Counted from the first letter of the stretch, positions 21,436 to 34,825 are shown. The stretch is DNA of 35,774 nt from Octopus bimaculoides (GCF_001194135.2 NC_068985.1:124750875-124786648); one strand, 5' to 3'. Notes: generated by a model not told the origin, from the letters alone. Numbers and translations are program-made.

Positions 21436-23080
21436 TATTATTGATTTGTAGCGTAGTTGTCATGTATAGGACGTATCTGGGCATCAGCTGAGTGTTTTAT
21501 TGTAATTTATTCGCCAGTTTACTTAAGGTGGGAAAAACAGGTTATTTTCCTCCGTCTGGTGGTTATGGCGAAAGAGATCATGTGGCGGAGAAGACAGGGA
21601 GGACTGAAGACGGACACTTTCCTTTTCGGCCAAAAAGAGAAGAAGGAAGAGGAGAAGAAAAAGAAGAGGGAGAGAGAGGGAGAGGGAGGTAGGGGAGAGA
21701 CAGAGACAGAGGGAAGGAGAGAAGAGAGAGAGAGAGGAAAGAGGGAAGAGTAGGGTGATGTCTTCCAGGGTACTTATTGAAAAGAAGGTAAGTATGGTAA
21801 GAATTATCTCAGTGAATAGTCATACTCTTAGTGTGCATTATTAAGCCGGAGGATAGAACTGACAGAAGGCACTCGCTTTTGGTAGAAGGCTTAATCCCAT
21901 ATCTGTGATGTTTCATGATTGGCCTTCGGACATCTCATTTCATTCCTTTTGTTGTTTTTGATGACTGTTTTTATACTTAGTTGATTCTTTATTGTCTCCC
22001 TCTCGTTCTTTTATTTTTCTGTAATTTGTCTCCTATTGGGAAACTTTCCTTAAGAAATTTTATTGCTGTATCTTTTATTTCTTTTATTTTAGGCTTCTGT
22101 TCACTTGATGTAAACCCCCTCACTCTGTGTGTCTGTATTTCGTCCTTGTTTTGCCCTTAGTATTTTGGACTCCTCTGGCCCATAAACGAAATCAACATTA
22201 TAGTTGTTTCTACGACTGTGATGCTATTAAAAATAATAATAATGGTGGTGGTAATTATATAAATAGTAAAGAAGCTAGTGTTGGTGGCGTTGTTGCTTCT
22301 TCAATTAAGTGCGCTGTTTTGCAGTTTATCGTAGAGATCTTGTTAACTCAGGACAGATTGGCGTAATCTGTGTTATATCTAATTAGCACACTAAATCTTT
22401 CTATACTTTAGTCAAACGTGATGTACATTAAAGAACCTAGTGTGTACATATGGTGCTTTATTTTCTTGACAATGCCTTCTACAAGTGGTGTTAATGTAGT
22501 GTGAATAACATCTCCATAATTACTAATATTTTTGTATAATGTATGTTATTTGTAAGTTGTCGAGTATCATTATTGGTTATAATTGTCGAGTTTCATTGGT
22601 GCTGCTAAGAAAATAGATAGTGGATTTGGTAACTGCTTACAGCCTGTATCGCAAGCAAGCCATTATTTTAATGGACCGCATAACAAGAGCCCATTCTGTA
22701 GTGAGTCTTTGCTTTATTATTTTTTTCTCAAATTATGTTGCGATTTGTTCAAACTGTCCACTAGTAGCTTGTTGGATATTTGAAGCTGTAACCGTTATAC
22801 ATTCTCTGCAATCTTTAAACATTCTCAAGAGAACATAGGCTTTTCTTCATACATTCTGCTCGTTTTTCTTACGAGTCCCAAGGTCAGAAATTTTGTGCAG
22901 CTGTTTGTGAGGAATGGGATGACATTATTACTGTGATATAATCTGTAATGTTGTACGAGCGCAAACTCATACAACCTGCTAAAATTAACAGCTAAATCTC
23001 CCCCGAACACTGTACAATGAAAGGAAATATTTGAAACGAAATGTGTTCGGTTAGAACACCGGTAGAACGATAAAATGTCG

Positions 23081-23200
<120 letters not shown>

Positions 23201-24106
23201 ACAACCCCATAAAAAGCTAACAAATCGTTATGCAGATAAATATCACGAAATATGGATTCAATTAGTCAGAAAAATTAAAATAATTATTATAATGACTCAT
23301 TTCAAAAAGTTTGACCCTTTACTTGTTTGTTGTCAGTGGGGGGAAATAAATGCTTTAGGCAACAACTACATCGACAACATCAGCAGATGCCACTGCAAGG
23401 ACAGATAAAAGTAGTGGTTCTCAGACTTTTGTAACTCAGCTTACCCTTTTACAGAATGGCATTTTAAAAAGATACTTCCCTATGTTTAAAAAACAAAAAG
23501 AGATAAAAAGCACCAAATCATTTTAATCTAAGAGAAGCGAATTTCGTGCAGTGATGCATCATCCATACTTTCTTACACTGTCCAATCCAGCATGTTGCAT
23601 GGACTGCTGCTGTCGTAGATTCGTCTGTTCTTTTTCTCATCTGCCTGTCGAACTTTTTTCCGGACAGGAAGCCTTTAAATTACCCTTACTTCCATATGTG
23701 TAGCAGCTGATCTTTCTGTTCTGCGCTGCGAGTTTTTAAACCTTCCTGCATCCATTCCAAGATATAACTCTAGATTTACTTTATGATGTTTTTTTTTTTT
23801 TTGAGTGAGTTGGAACTGTTGAAATTATCAGGACTTGTACATCTTGAGAGCCCTTACTTAATCATATCTCGTTAAAGGTCCCATCAAGGTTCACTACATT
23901 CTCGTATTGTTCCACAAAAGAAAAACAAAATCATATGTCAACGTTATTTCTGTTGCCTTTCATGGGGTCACAGACAGAATAATCTTCGTCCCATATATTG
24001 GGGGCTAGTCTATGCGTAGGTATGTGACTTACAAACTCAGGTTTCCTCCTTGCTTTGTACTCACTTTTAAATATAAGATAGATAGTTCCATATTACCTGC
24101 CCTTTG

Positions 24107-24398
24107 TGAAGGCGCATGGCTCATTGGTTAGAGCGTCGGGTTCACAATCACGAGGTAGTGTGTTCGATTCCCGGAGTGTGTTGTGTTGTGTCCTTGAGCA
24201 AGACACTTTATTTCATGTTGCTCCAGTTCACTCAACTGTAGAAATGAGCTGCGACATCACTGGTGCCAAGTTGTATTGGCCTTCGCCTTTCCCTTGGATA
24301 ACACCGGTGGCTTGGAGAGGACTTGTGCCTCGGAGGGGAATTTTCTAGGTGCAATCCAATGGTCATTCATGACCGAAGGGGTTCTTTACCCTGTTACC
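24107..24398 (+). mobile_element. tRNA-derived SINE (family B here) with CORE-like central block
   Basis: A-box TGGCTCATTGG (24117-24127), B-box GTTCGATTCCC (24162-24172), then GTGTCCTTGAGCAAGACACTTT...CTGTAGAAATGAG, and a short TTACC-type tail. Confidence 0.85.
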
Positions 24399-24981
24399 TG
24401 TCCGCTTATTAGGAGTTTTGCTCCACGTATCAGTCAAGGAAATTGTAATCCCTTCATTTGAAAGCCCAAGCAAATCTATAATTTTGGAAATGTATAAGCA
24501 AGTCACTTTTCATTTTTCTCGAGCATGTTGATGGTTCCAGGAAAGAATGTGCTTGTTCCAATCATTATATTGCTGCCAAATAATTGTTCTATCTGCTGTT
24601 TGGTTAGCAGCATCTGGCCTTAGTAACGTTAGCAAAGAACGAAGCATAATGTGTGTGTGTGTGAGTGTTAAATCTATTTCATACTGGGAATTTTTGGACA
24701 ATCTGGATATTTATACATAAAGAAGTTAGACAAAAAATTCTGCTTTAAATTTTTTTTATTTGTTCGTATACATGCACAATACAGTTACATGGAACGGTCA
24801 TCTACATAAAAATAATGAAGTTGAACATAAATTTACGCTGTTTAAATCAAAGAAAGCAAAAATTATGGTAATCTATAGACGATCATACACATTAACAGTG
24901 AACAATTCTATCGACACGCTTAGCTACACACACTTGTTTATGTCTGTGTGCGCGCGCACACACTTTTATTTACCTATTTGA

Positions 24982-25090
24982 CGAACCTGGGTTCTCATTC
25001 CTAAGGTATTTTTCGATGTTGTTGCTGTTATTATTATTATTATTATTATTTCAAACCCCAAGATTCCGAGTTCGATTCATGGCAGTGACT

Positions 25091-25145
<55 letters not shown>

Positions 25146-25153
25146 CAACAATA

Positions 25154-25184
<31 letters not shown>

Positions 25185-25345
25185 TGATAACATCGAAAAA
25201 TAGTTTAGGAATGAGAACCCAGGTTCGATATTTCCCCAAGACACCTGATGAAGGCTGGAGTGTATATCAGCCAAAACGTTGTGTTAACAACAAACAAGAT
25301 GAGGACAAATATCCGTCAAATGTAAATAACGTATATAATGTACAT
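24982..25345 (+). mobile_element. Short element: inverted 5' duplication + tRNA-like fragment + (AAT)n + hammerhead-containing 3' part
   Basis: 24982-25020 is the reverse complement of 25189-25227 (37/39). B-box-like GAGTTCGATTC at 25068-25078; (AAT)n at 25094-25190; HHR at 25240-25285. Confidence 0.7.
25240..25285 (+). ncRNA. Minimal type I hammerhead ribozyme (G12-to-A mutation in this copy)
   Basis: GACAC-CTGATGA(25245-25251)-A-GGCTG(GAGTGTATAT)CAGCC-AAAAC-GTT-GTGTT: stem I GACAC/GTGTT, stem II GGCTG/CAGCC, palindromic ACGT stem III, GUU triplet. GAAAC reads AAAAC. Confidence 0.75.
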
Positions 25346-25953
25346 TATTTATTATTATTATTTAACTGAACGCCACGCATCCATTTCCAAGTAAGTTTAT
25401 CTTCACCTTTTTGATGCGCCTCTACTCTATATTGTTTTTATCTTCCATCCTTCTCTAATTCTCTTTTCCCTCTCCCTCTTTCTCCCCTCCCTCTTTCACT
25501 GTTTTCTATCTGTCTCTCTCTCCCACTCTTTCCTTTCTCTCGTTGCTCACACGTGACCATTGTCCATCTTTCCTTTCCTAACATGACCATCTTTCTTTCC
25601 TGCGCGGACGTTCAAAGGACTTAACGTTTTTTCTCCCCCGTCTATCTTTTCTCTTTTCAAAGAAAATATTTCTTCCAGCGTTCCCTATTTTCCTCTTGTT
25701 CTGGTCTAACGACCCTCCATGTTTGTTTTCGTTCGGTCTCCTTGTATGTCTCTACTCATGTCTTTGATCCCAACTGTGACCTTCCATGAATCCTAAATTG
25801 TATTTTAGAATATATAAGAAACGCCATAAAACTAAGCGCTTTGTGAACGTGAAACCCAGGCAACACCAGAGACCGGCTGTAGCTATCTTTATCTAACTAT
25901 ATATATATATATGATTGTTTACAGGCGTACGTTTGTATACGTATCAACGTGTT

Positions 25954-26012
<59 letters not shown>

Positions 26013-26374
26013 GTATGTACGTATGTATATATATATGTATGTATATGTGTATATGTATGTGTGTGTGTGTGTGTGTGCGTGTGTTTGTAAGGGGTCTATT
26101 TTGGGGAAGTGGTTTGGCACGATCATACAGTTTACCGCAGACAAGAGGTTCAATTCCTGTTGGCGATTTTACAACTGTTGTATGAAGGGGATACAATCAA
26201 GCATGTTATACTCGCCAGCGAGTATGACATGATAGACTGTACCGTGCTCTCACCTGTTGTTTTAGGTGCCTATGTCGCCGCAATCAGATACAGACATCCT
26301 CTCAACCCTCTCATCGTTGACCCTGTGTTGAGCACCGAGGTGGGGGTGGGGAACAAAGCTGAAAAAGCAATCGG

Positions 26375-26524
26375 TTAGAACACATTTTCGGCAGAATAAA
26401 GTAGAGCAACTTCAGTTGAAGTGCCTCGATCAAGAACAAAACGCGCTACCCGGTCAAAGACTCGAACCGATACCGCTTACAATCATGAACCCAACACCCT
26501 AACTGCTACGCCATACATTTTCAC
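26375..26524 (-). mobile_element. Degenerate SINE family B 5' part
   Basis: Minus strand GTGAAAATGTATGGCGTAGCAGTTAGGGTGTTGGGTTCATGATTG...GGTTCGAGTC...GTTGCTCTACTTT parallels 24107 onward. Confidence 0.7.
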
Positions 26525-26702
26525 ATTTTCAAATTTTCATACACACGCACAAACGCACGCGCACACGCAGACACACACAGACACACAAACACACAAACAC
26601 ACACACACCTTATCGATCTATCATTCTATTTATCTGCCTGTCTGTCTATCTTTCTATCTGTTTATCTATCTATCCATGCCTCTTTTTTGGATATTTTTTT
26701 AT

Positions 26703-26899
26703 TTTACTTATCCCATTCATTAGACTGCAGCCTTACTGAAACACGGCCTGGAAGAGATTAGTGAAACAAATCGACCCTAATAGCTACTTTTATCGGTCTC
26801 TTTTGCCAAACTACTAGATTAAGGGGACGTAGATAAACGACACTGATTGTCGCTCGGTGGTTAGGGAACAAACACAAGCACAAAGAAGAAACACGCGCA

Positions 26900-26942
<43 letters not shown>

Positions 26943-26989
26943 ACACACCCACACCCNNNNNNNNNNNNNNNNNNNNNNNNNNNNNNNNN

Positions 26990-27039
<50 letters not shown>

Positions 27040-27338
27040 GATAAAGCAATCTTTGTAACTAGCTCAACGTGGATGTATGGTTAGAACACTGAAAACTGCG
27101 TTATTTACCCTGAGAAGGCCTCTCATGGGGCCATGGTGCATAAAAGCACATATTTATATCGCTCGCAGGCGATTATCGTCTGCTACGGCTACGGGAACTG
27201 CCTATATGTACGATAGTTTCCGTCACTTTTTGTAGTCACCAAATTCAAGCACAAGTCATTGTCCATGGTGTCGCACAGTGGGACAAAATCCGAAATCTAG
27301 TGGTTCAAAGCGAACTTCTTAACCACACCACCCACTCC
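26703..27338 (-). mobile_element. Degenerate SINE family C (3' part ~26703-26900, head ~27190-27338) with expanded internal (CA)n, a gap and an unrelated insert
   Basis: CATTAGACTGCAG...AATCGACCC...TATCGGTCTCTTTTGCC...GGGGACGTA matches the family C 3' half. AAGCGAACTTCTTAACCACACCACCCAC matches the head. Confidence 0.6.
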
Positions 27339-28285
27339 CACATGTACATACAAATGCATACATATACTTTCATGCATACATACATACATACATACATACA
27401 TACATACATACATACATACATAAAAGGAGAAAGCTAGATAAGCAATGAGACATGGAGAAAAACAAAAGGCATGATATCCTGTCGTCTGCTTTGTTCCATA
27501 TTCTGGAGAAAGCAGACGACACAACAACAATATAAAAATATTTTAGATCACCGCATTAGGAACCTAACACCAGTTTGGATTTAATTGATTATTTGTTTAA
27601 GATAAAGTTTAGCCTCTTCAGAAACTTAAACTACCTCTCTATCCATCTATCTATATATCTTATCTATCCATTTGTATACAGGTATCTTAATTTTTTTATT
27701 ATTATGAATTAACGCATGGATACACAAATGTAAACAAAATTAGGCACATTCATGCGTACTCGCACTCGTACTTCTAGATTTCACCTAGTGTATGTGTATC
27801 AGTGTGTGTGTAAATGTGTGTATGTATCTATATGTGTGTAAATGTACACAGAGGAGCAACGGCATACATATAAGCATGCAACTGCAACTAAAGTTCTATC
27901 GTCGTCTACACAATTTTCTGCATAACAAGTGTCTGCGTGATACTGCATACGTGCATCAATGCATGTAAACACAACACCGTACACAAGCACAAACATTACT
28001 CTCCAATGCATCATCTGTCACATCCTCCTCACTTTTTATATCTACACCCCCATCACTAAACGTAAGCATTATTTACACACATACACGCAGATATACACTC
28101 AATCATACACAAATATAGACTAACTCATTCACACACGCACACACAGACACACACATACACACCGTATAAACACATGTACATTAAAAAGAAATCCGAACAA
28201 AAACCACACGCATGAACTCACACAGTAATGTTGCGCGTACATAAACATAGTCATTGACATACACACGCTTGAATACACAAATAAC

Positions 28286-28288
<3 letters not shown>

Positions 28289-28341
<53 letters not shown>

Positions 28342-28636
28342 NNNNNNNNNNNNNNNNNNNNNNNNNNNNNNNNNNNNNNNNNNNNNNNNNNNNNNNNNNN
28401 NNNNNNNNNNNNNNNNNNNNNNNNNNNNNNNNNNNNNNNNNNNNNNNNNNNNNNNNNNNNNNNNNNNNNNNNNNNNNNNNNNNNNNNNNNNNNNNNNNNN
28501 NNNNNNNNNNNNNNNNNNNNNNNNNNNNNNNNNNNNNNNNNNNNNNNNNNNNNNNNNNNNNNNNNNNNNNNNNNNNNNNNNNNNNNNNNNNNNNNNNNNN
28601 NNNNNNNNNNNNNNNNNNNNNNNNNNNNNNNNNNNN

Positions 28637-28712
<76 letters not shown>

Positions 28713-28807
28713 TGTATGAATGTGTGCTTGTGTGTGTGTATGTGGGGAATATATTCTTTCTCTCTCTGTGTATATCTGTCCTTTTCTTTCACATACATAC
28801 ATTCGCA

Positions 28808-28864
<57 letters not shown>

Positions 28865-28885
28865 GTCTGTCTATCTATCTATCTA

Positions 28886-28928
<43 letters not shown>

Positions 28929-28993
28929 GTATATATGCTTATATATATGTATGTGTGTATATTTGTATGTATGTATGTTAGTATGTATGTATG

Positions 28994-29033
<40 letters not shown>

Positions 29034-29170
29034 TGTGTGTGTATGTATATACACACATACACACACAAACACATACATATACACACATACACATGTGCAA
29101 ATATTATTCAAATATATAAATTAGTGCTCTCCATCCATCCATTCATCCATCTCTGTTTCTNNNNNNNNNN

Positions 29171-29215
<45 letters not shown>

Positions 29216-29271
29216 GCAGATATATACGATTTGTGCTCTTCCATCGATCATCCAGCCTTCCATCTCTAACC

Positions 29272-29309
<38 letters not shown>

Positions 29310-29310
29310 G
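28289..29310. repeat. Compound (CT)n, (GT)n, (ATCT)n, (GTCT)n, (AT)n microsatellite cluster with two gaps
   Basis: Direct reading. Confidence 0.9.
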
Positions 29311-29894
29311 AACACAGGAATATTCTATTCTTTCCTCTAATTTGCCCCCCTTCTCCCATTCATCCTCCCCCCTTTCCCCATCTTTTCGTCATCCAACACT
29401 TCCCTTCCCGGCTCTTTTACCCATCCCTTCCACCGACTGTTGATACTACAAGCCTCTTCTAAGCCTCGCCCTCGTGCCAGTTTATAAAGGCATCGCCAGT
29501 CCAAGTGACTGTCAGACAGTATTTTTACCCCACAATACAGTGTGCTACTGCATAACACGTTCGCATATGCTCACACACATACACATAAACACACACACAC
29601 ACATGCACACACATGCTTACACACACACACAAACACTGTTTGCATGTAAAAGCTAATTAGTTTGTCAGAAGCTTACATACATACACACAGACACGAACAC
29701 AAACGCCAAGACAAGCAACAGGCATATTTAAGCACGCATAGAAACATACAAACGTTTCACATACTCGAGCTGCCTGTGGATTATGAAGTCGTGCCTACGG
29801 CGTGAATTTTCTACACAGAATATTTGGTTTTCCTATCCGAAGGCTGAGGCGTTTTACTTACCACAGGTAAATATTGAAAATTAGATTGACTTTC

Positions 29895-29895
<1 letters not shown>

Positions 29896-29943
<48 letters not shown>

Positions 29944-30041
29944 TAATAATAATAATAATAACGATTTTTTTAAATAATGATGATGATGATGATAACGATG
30001 ATTTCTTCTAATTTAATTGTTTTTTTAAAATAATAATAATG

Positions 30042-30087
<46 letters not shown>

Positions 30088-30089
30088 TG

Positions 30090-30126
<37 letters not shown>

Positions 30127-30142
30127 CAACAACAACAACAAC

Positions 30143-30195
<53 letters not shown>
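29896..30195. repeat. (AAT)n/(AAC)n/(GAT)n trinucleotide arrays
   Basis: Direct reading. Confidence 0.95.
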
Positions 30196-30197
<2 letters not shown>

Positions 30198-30230
30198 TGC
30201 ATTATTTTTATCATCATCATCACAATCATT

Positions 30231-30570
30231 ATTGGTTTCAAATTTTGGCCCGAGGCCAGTAAATTAGGTAAATTTGGTAAGTCGATTACATCGAACCCAG
30301 TACTCAACTGGTGCTTTTTTTATCGACTCCCCCAACGGGGGTAAAGTCGACCTCAGTGGAATGATAATAATTTTTAATATAGGCACGAAATTTAGAAGGA
30401 AGGGGTTAGTTGATGCCATCGACCTCAGTATTCGACTGGTACTTTGTTTTATCGTCCCTGAAAGGATTGAACAGCAGTGTTGACCTCGATGGGATATGAA
30501 CTTGACATAAACATCCGCAATACCGATTGTCATTTTTCTGATGCTCTAACGGTTCTGCCAATCCACCGTC
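30231..30570 (-). mobile_element. Two tandem degenerate family-A-like SINE units (~30231-30363, ~30370-30570)
   Basis: GTCGATTACATCGAACCCAGTACTCAACTGGT...AAAGTCGACCTC, then CATCGACCTCAGTATTCGACTGGTACT...GTTGACCTCGA...CTCTAACGGTTCTGCCAATCCACC. Confidence 0.7.
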
Positions 30571-30942
30571 ATTTAACATTAATAGTAATGGCATCTGATT
30601 TAGCCAGCGAGTCTACAATTTTGAAGAGAGGAAAGACGTTGGTCTTTAATTATTTCAGTCGCGTCCGTCAGTCAATTTCTTTGGTTATTGTCGCTAGTCA
30701 GAGTAAAACTGCTGTTTTGATGACCGAAAGGAAAACTCTGAGAGCATATTCGTTGTGATGGACTTGACCAAGATCCGGATCAACCCTACACACAACTACA
30801 TTGTTGGATATAAACTCCACAAATCAACCATGCTCGGATATTGAATGAGTGTGTATAGAACTCAGGCGCAGAACGTAGGCCATAGATTGCTTTGTGGGGA
30901 GGATTATAGTTAATGCAGTCAACCGTTTCATTTGATTGTTTG

Positions 30943-31027
<85 letters not shown>

Positions 31028-31287
31028 NNNNNNNNNNNNNNNNNNNNNNNNNNNNNNNNNNNNNNNNNNNNNNNNNNNNNNNNNNNNNNNNNNNNNNNNN
31101 NNNNNNNNNNNNNNNNNNNNNNNNNNNNNNNNNNNNNNNNNNNNNNNNNNNNNNNNNNNNNNNNNNNNNNNNNNNNNNNNNNNNNNNNNNNNNNNNNNNN
31201 NNNNNNNNNNNNNNNNNNNNNNNNNNNNNNNNNNNNNNNNNNNNNNNNNNNNNNNNNNNNNNNNNNNNNNNNNNNNNNNNNNNNNNN

Positions 31288-31302
31288 AATCATCATCAAC
31301 TA

Positions 31303-31360
<58 letters not shown>

Positions 31361-31410
31361 CACCACCACCACCACCACCACCACTAGTCATCATCATCAT
31401 CATCATCATC
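31288..31410. repeat. (ACT)n/(ACC)n/(ATC)n trinucleotide arrays
   Basis: Direct reading. Confidence 0.95.
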
Positions 31411-31412
31411 TC

Positions 31413-31772
31413 AATAATGTTTTCAAATGTTGGCACAGGCCAAGCAGTTTTGGAGGAGAGGGTAAGTCGATTGCACCGATCCCAGTACTCAACTGGTATT
31501 TATTTTATTGACCCCGAAAGGATGAAAGAGAAAGTCGACCTCGGTGGCATTTGAACTCAGAGTATGAAGACGTGAAGAAGGACGAAATGCCACCAAGCAG
31601 GGACACGTGTAATCAAATACAGAGGTAGCATAGATTATAATGACATTTGACTGGTACTTCAAACCTTAGAAGGATGAAAGCCATAGTTGGCATCGGAGGG
31701 ACTTGAACTTAGAATGTAACATGCCAGAACGTAACTAATACGGTAAAGCACTTTCTCCGACGCTCAACCGAT
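31413..31772 (-). mobile_element. Two tandem degenerate family-A-like SINE units (~31413-31600, ~31648-31772)
   Basis: GTCGATTGCACCGATCCCAGTACTCAACTGGT...GACCCCGAAAGGATGAAAGAGAAAGTCGACCTCGGTGGCATTTGAACTCAG, then ACTGGTACT...AGGATGAAAG...GACTTGAACTTAG...CCGACGCTCAACCGATTCTG. Confidence 0.7.
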
Positions 31773-32361
31773 TCTGTTAGTTATAATTTCTTTAGTTGTC
31801 ACCAGGTCAACGAATGCGGAGTCATTACAAGAGATAAGTAATGAAAAAGATGGGGAGGTTTGTCTGGATTATGAAAAATCTAAATAAACCAGTATGAAAG
31901 AAAAGGCAATTCAGAAAACAATAAGAACAAAATAATAAAACAAAAACGATTCCAAAACGCATAAAAACAAAATAATAAAATGGAATTAATTAAAGTATCC
32001 TCAGTAAGGGCTACAATGATCCAAGATTATCCCTTAATTACTAAGGGCAAGTGCATTTTCTCAGCCCCCCAAAAACCTGTGCTCTTCATTCTAATTGTAA
32101 CCGATAGAAGCTGACTGATATGCGGTCATTTCAGTTGAGATATCAACAGGTTGCCTGTAACGATAGACAGAGGTGCGTTCAAGAGAGTAAGAAGTGAATG
32201 CTTCAGGTATCTAATTAACGTTGAACAGTTGAATGAATTAGACGTCACGTATTTTGTTTGCGATTTCGGAATCAGCCGAATCTTGAACAGCCACAAATAA
32301 TAATAAGGAATTAATGATTGCAGGGACTGGATCAAGGGTGACAGTGGTGCTGAGGATGGTG

Positions 32362-32404
<43 letters not shown>

Positions 32405-32893
32405 TGTGTGTGTGTGTGTGTGAAGGAAATTCAGAGAGGTATTTATGTGCGCGTGCGTGCGTGCATATTAAGAATGTTTAAATTGTACTTTTATAAATAT
32501 TAGTGCACGTGTGCCTCTCAATCTATCTATCTATCTATCTATCTATACATACATACATATATGTGTATGTGTGTGTGTNNNNNNNNNNNNNNNNNNNNNN
32601 NNNNNNNNNNNNNNNNNNNNNNNNNNNNNNNNNNNNNNNNNNNNNNNNNNNNNNNNNNNNNNNNNNNNNNNNNNNNNNNNNNNNNNNNNNNNNNNNNNNN
32701 NNNNNNNNNNNNNNNNNNNNNNNNNNNNNNNNNNNNNNNNNNNNNNNNNNNNNNNNNNNNNNNNNNNNNNNNNNNNNNNNNNNNNNNNNNNNNNNNNNNN
32801 NNNNNNNNNNNNNNNNNNNNNNNNNNNNNNNNNNNNNNNNNNNNNNNNNNNNNNNNNNNNNNNNNNNNNNNNNNNNNNNNNNNNNNNNNNNNN

Positions 32894-32924
<31 letters not shown>

Positions 32925-33993
32925 GTAAGTATGTATGTATTTATCTATCTATTAATCTATCTATAGATTTGCATATATATTAATATGCATGTCTCTAAAT
33001 ATACATATATATGTATATATTTATAAATATACATATATAAATATATGTATATTTATAGACATGCATATCAATATATATGCATATCTATAGACAGATAAAT
33101 AGATAAATACATACATATGTGTGTGTGTGTATTTATGTGTATTTGTATTATGGATCGTATATTACACACATTTATGAATACGTGAATTTATATGTCTGAA
33201 TGTGCACATGTTAGTGTACGTGTTTCGATGATCTTTTAGTGTTAGTCAAAAACTAAAAGCTACGACCACATCATATTTGAATTAAAGCTATCCTAGTATA
33301 TGAAAAGTGTTATATAAGTTAGGTCTAAATTGCGCGTTTATATGTAATTAAAACAAACAAGTTGTCAGTTGTTGACCTCTAGATTACGGCGTCTTGTAAT
33401 AATACAAGCGCACACACACGCAAACACATGCAGCCACACAGACGCATTGTGTGTGTGTGTATGTGTGCGTGTGCGTGTGTGTGAGTGCATGTATATGAGT
33501 GTGTTTATGTGGGGGTCTTTAAATGAACGTGTGGAAGGTTAGGTGCATGTGTAAGTCAGTGAGATGCTAAATGTGTTTGCATGCAAAAATGTGTGAATAT
33601 GTGCATACGAGCACAATTGTCTGTCTGGTTTCTGGATGTGTGTGTTTGTGTGAGTTTGTGTATGTGCCTATGTGTGTCTTTGTGCGCGTGTGTGTCGTGT
33701 ATTTGAGTCAAAAATGTGTATGCATGTATGTACGTATGTATGTATGTATATATGTATGTAAATATGTATGTATACCCCCCCCCTCTCTCTTTATATACAT
33801 ATATATATACATACATACACGCACACTTAGATGTGTATATGAGCGTAATTCCTACCTACCTACTTACCTACCTATATACATACATATATACAGGTATGTA
33901 TATTTAAATAAGCATATATATATAATGTATATATTTATATACATGTATGTATGTCTGTGTATGTATGCATGTATTCATGTTCGTATGTATGTA

Positions 33994-34055
<62 letters not shown>

Positions 34056-34355
34056 CAAGCATAGAAATGTATGCCCAATAGAAGTTGAAACGAGGCATAC
34101 TGATCACCAAATGACATACACCACACAGCTGTGTAGAGTGTTCATGGGTATATTAACTAATTAATTGATAGAAAACAGGTATCCCGCTGTATGTAGCTAG
34201 AATAAGTAAATAGATTGGTAAGGTTGATATTGCTAGATAGACAGATGGATAGATTAGGAAATCGGTTGATAAATAGGAAGATATTTATTTAAAACGATAG
34301 GTAGTTCCCATATCGGTGTTTGCTTTCTCACTGGTAATGCTTTTTCCTCTATATA

Positions 34356-34558
34356 CGAGGGGTTCTTGGCTTTGAGTAAAAGAAAATACAGGAGGATCAG
34401 TTAATCATGATTTTATTCAGCATGTTCCCCTCTTCACAGACTTATTACAGCGGTCCTTCAGTTTTTCTAAGCCCCGTATAAGAACTCGGAAATTTGGGCT
34501 TCTAACCAGGCCTTTCGCGATACCCTTAAAGCCACAAACGTGTGAGCACTCCCTTCGT
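34356..34558. mobile_element. ~200-bp MITE, copy B
   Basis: TA-CGAGGGG...TTCTTGGCTTTG start, shared interior, degenerate right TIR AAAGCCACAAACGTGTGAGCACTCCCTTCGT. Confidence 0.75.
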
Positions 34559-34722
34559 GTCCCCGTAACTTAGTGGTTCAGCAAAAGAGACTGATTGAAT
34601 AAGTACTAGGCTTACAAAGAATAAGTCCTGGGGTCGATTTGCTCGACTAAAGGCGGTGCTCCAGCATGGCCACAGTCAAATGACTAAAACAAGTAAAAGA
34701 GTAAAAGAGTAAAAGAGTAAAA

Positions 34723-34724
<2 letters not shown>
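34559..34724 (+). mobile_element. SINE family C 3' half with (GTAAAAGA)x4 tail
   Basis: GTCCCCGTAACTTAGTGGTTCAGCAAAAGAGAC...GGGGTCGATTTGCTCGACTAAAGGCGGTGCTCCAGCATGGCCACAGTCAAATGACT. Confidence 0.85.

Positions 34725-34793
<69 letters not shown>
34725..34793. repeat. (AT)n microsatellite
   Basis: Direct reading. Confidence 0.97.
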
Positions 34794-34802
<9 letters not shown>

Positions 34803-34825
34803 ATGCATGTATGTATATTTTTATA

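Noticed and set aside
24107-24180. tRNA gene
   Set aside because: A and B boxes are present but there is no acceptor stem or cloverleaf, and it continues into a SINE body. The same applies to the other tRNA-like heads.
25370-25900. Pyrimidine-rich block with GAAAC motifs as another hammerhead
   Set aside because: No CTGANGA/TTGANAA box at a compatible position and no stems.
29896-30195. CRISPR-like or satellite array interpretation of regular repeats
   Set aside because: Simple trinucleotide microsatellites with no unique spacers; eukaryotic context with no cas genes.
32205-32300. Kinase-like DFG motif (YFVCDFGISRILNSHK*)
   Set aside because: No HRD motif upstream, a stop follows immediately with no splice donor, and the frame is short; likely chance.
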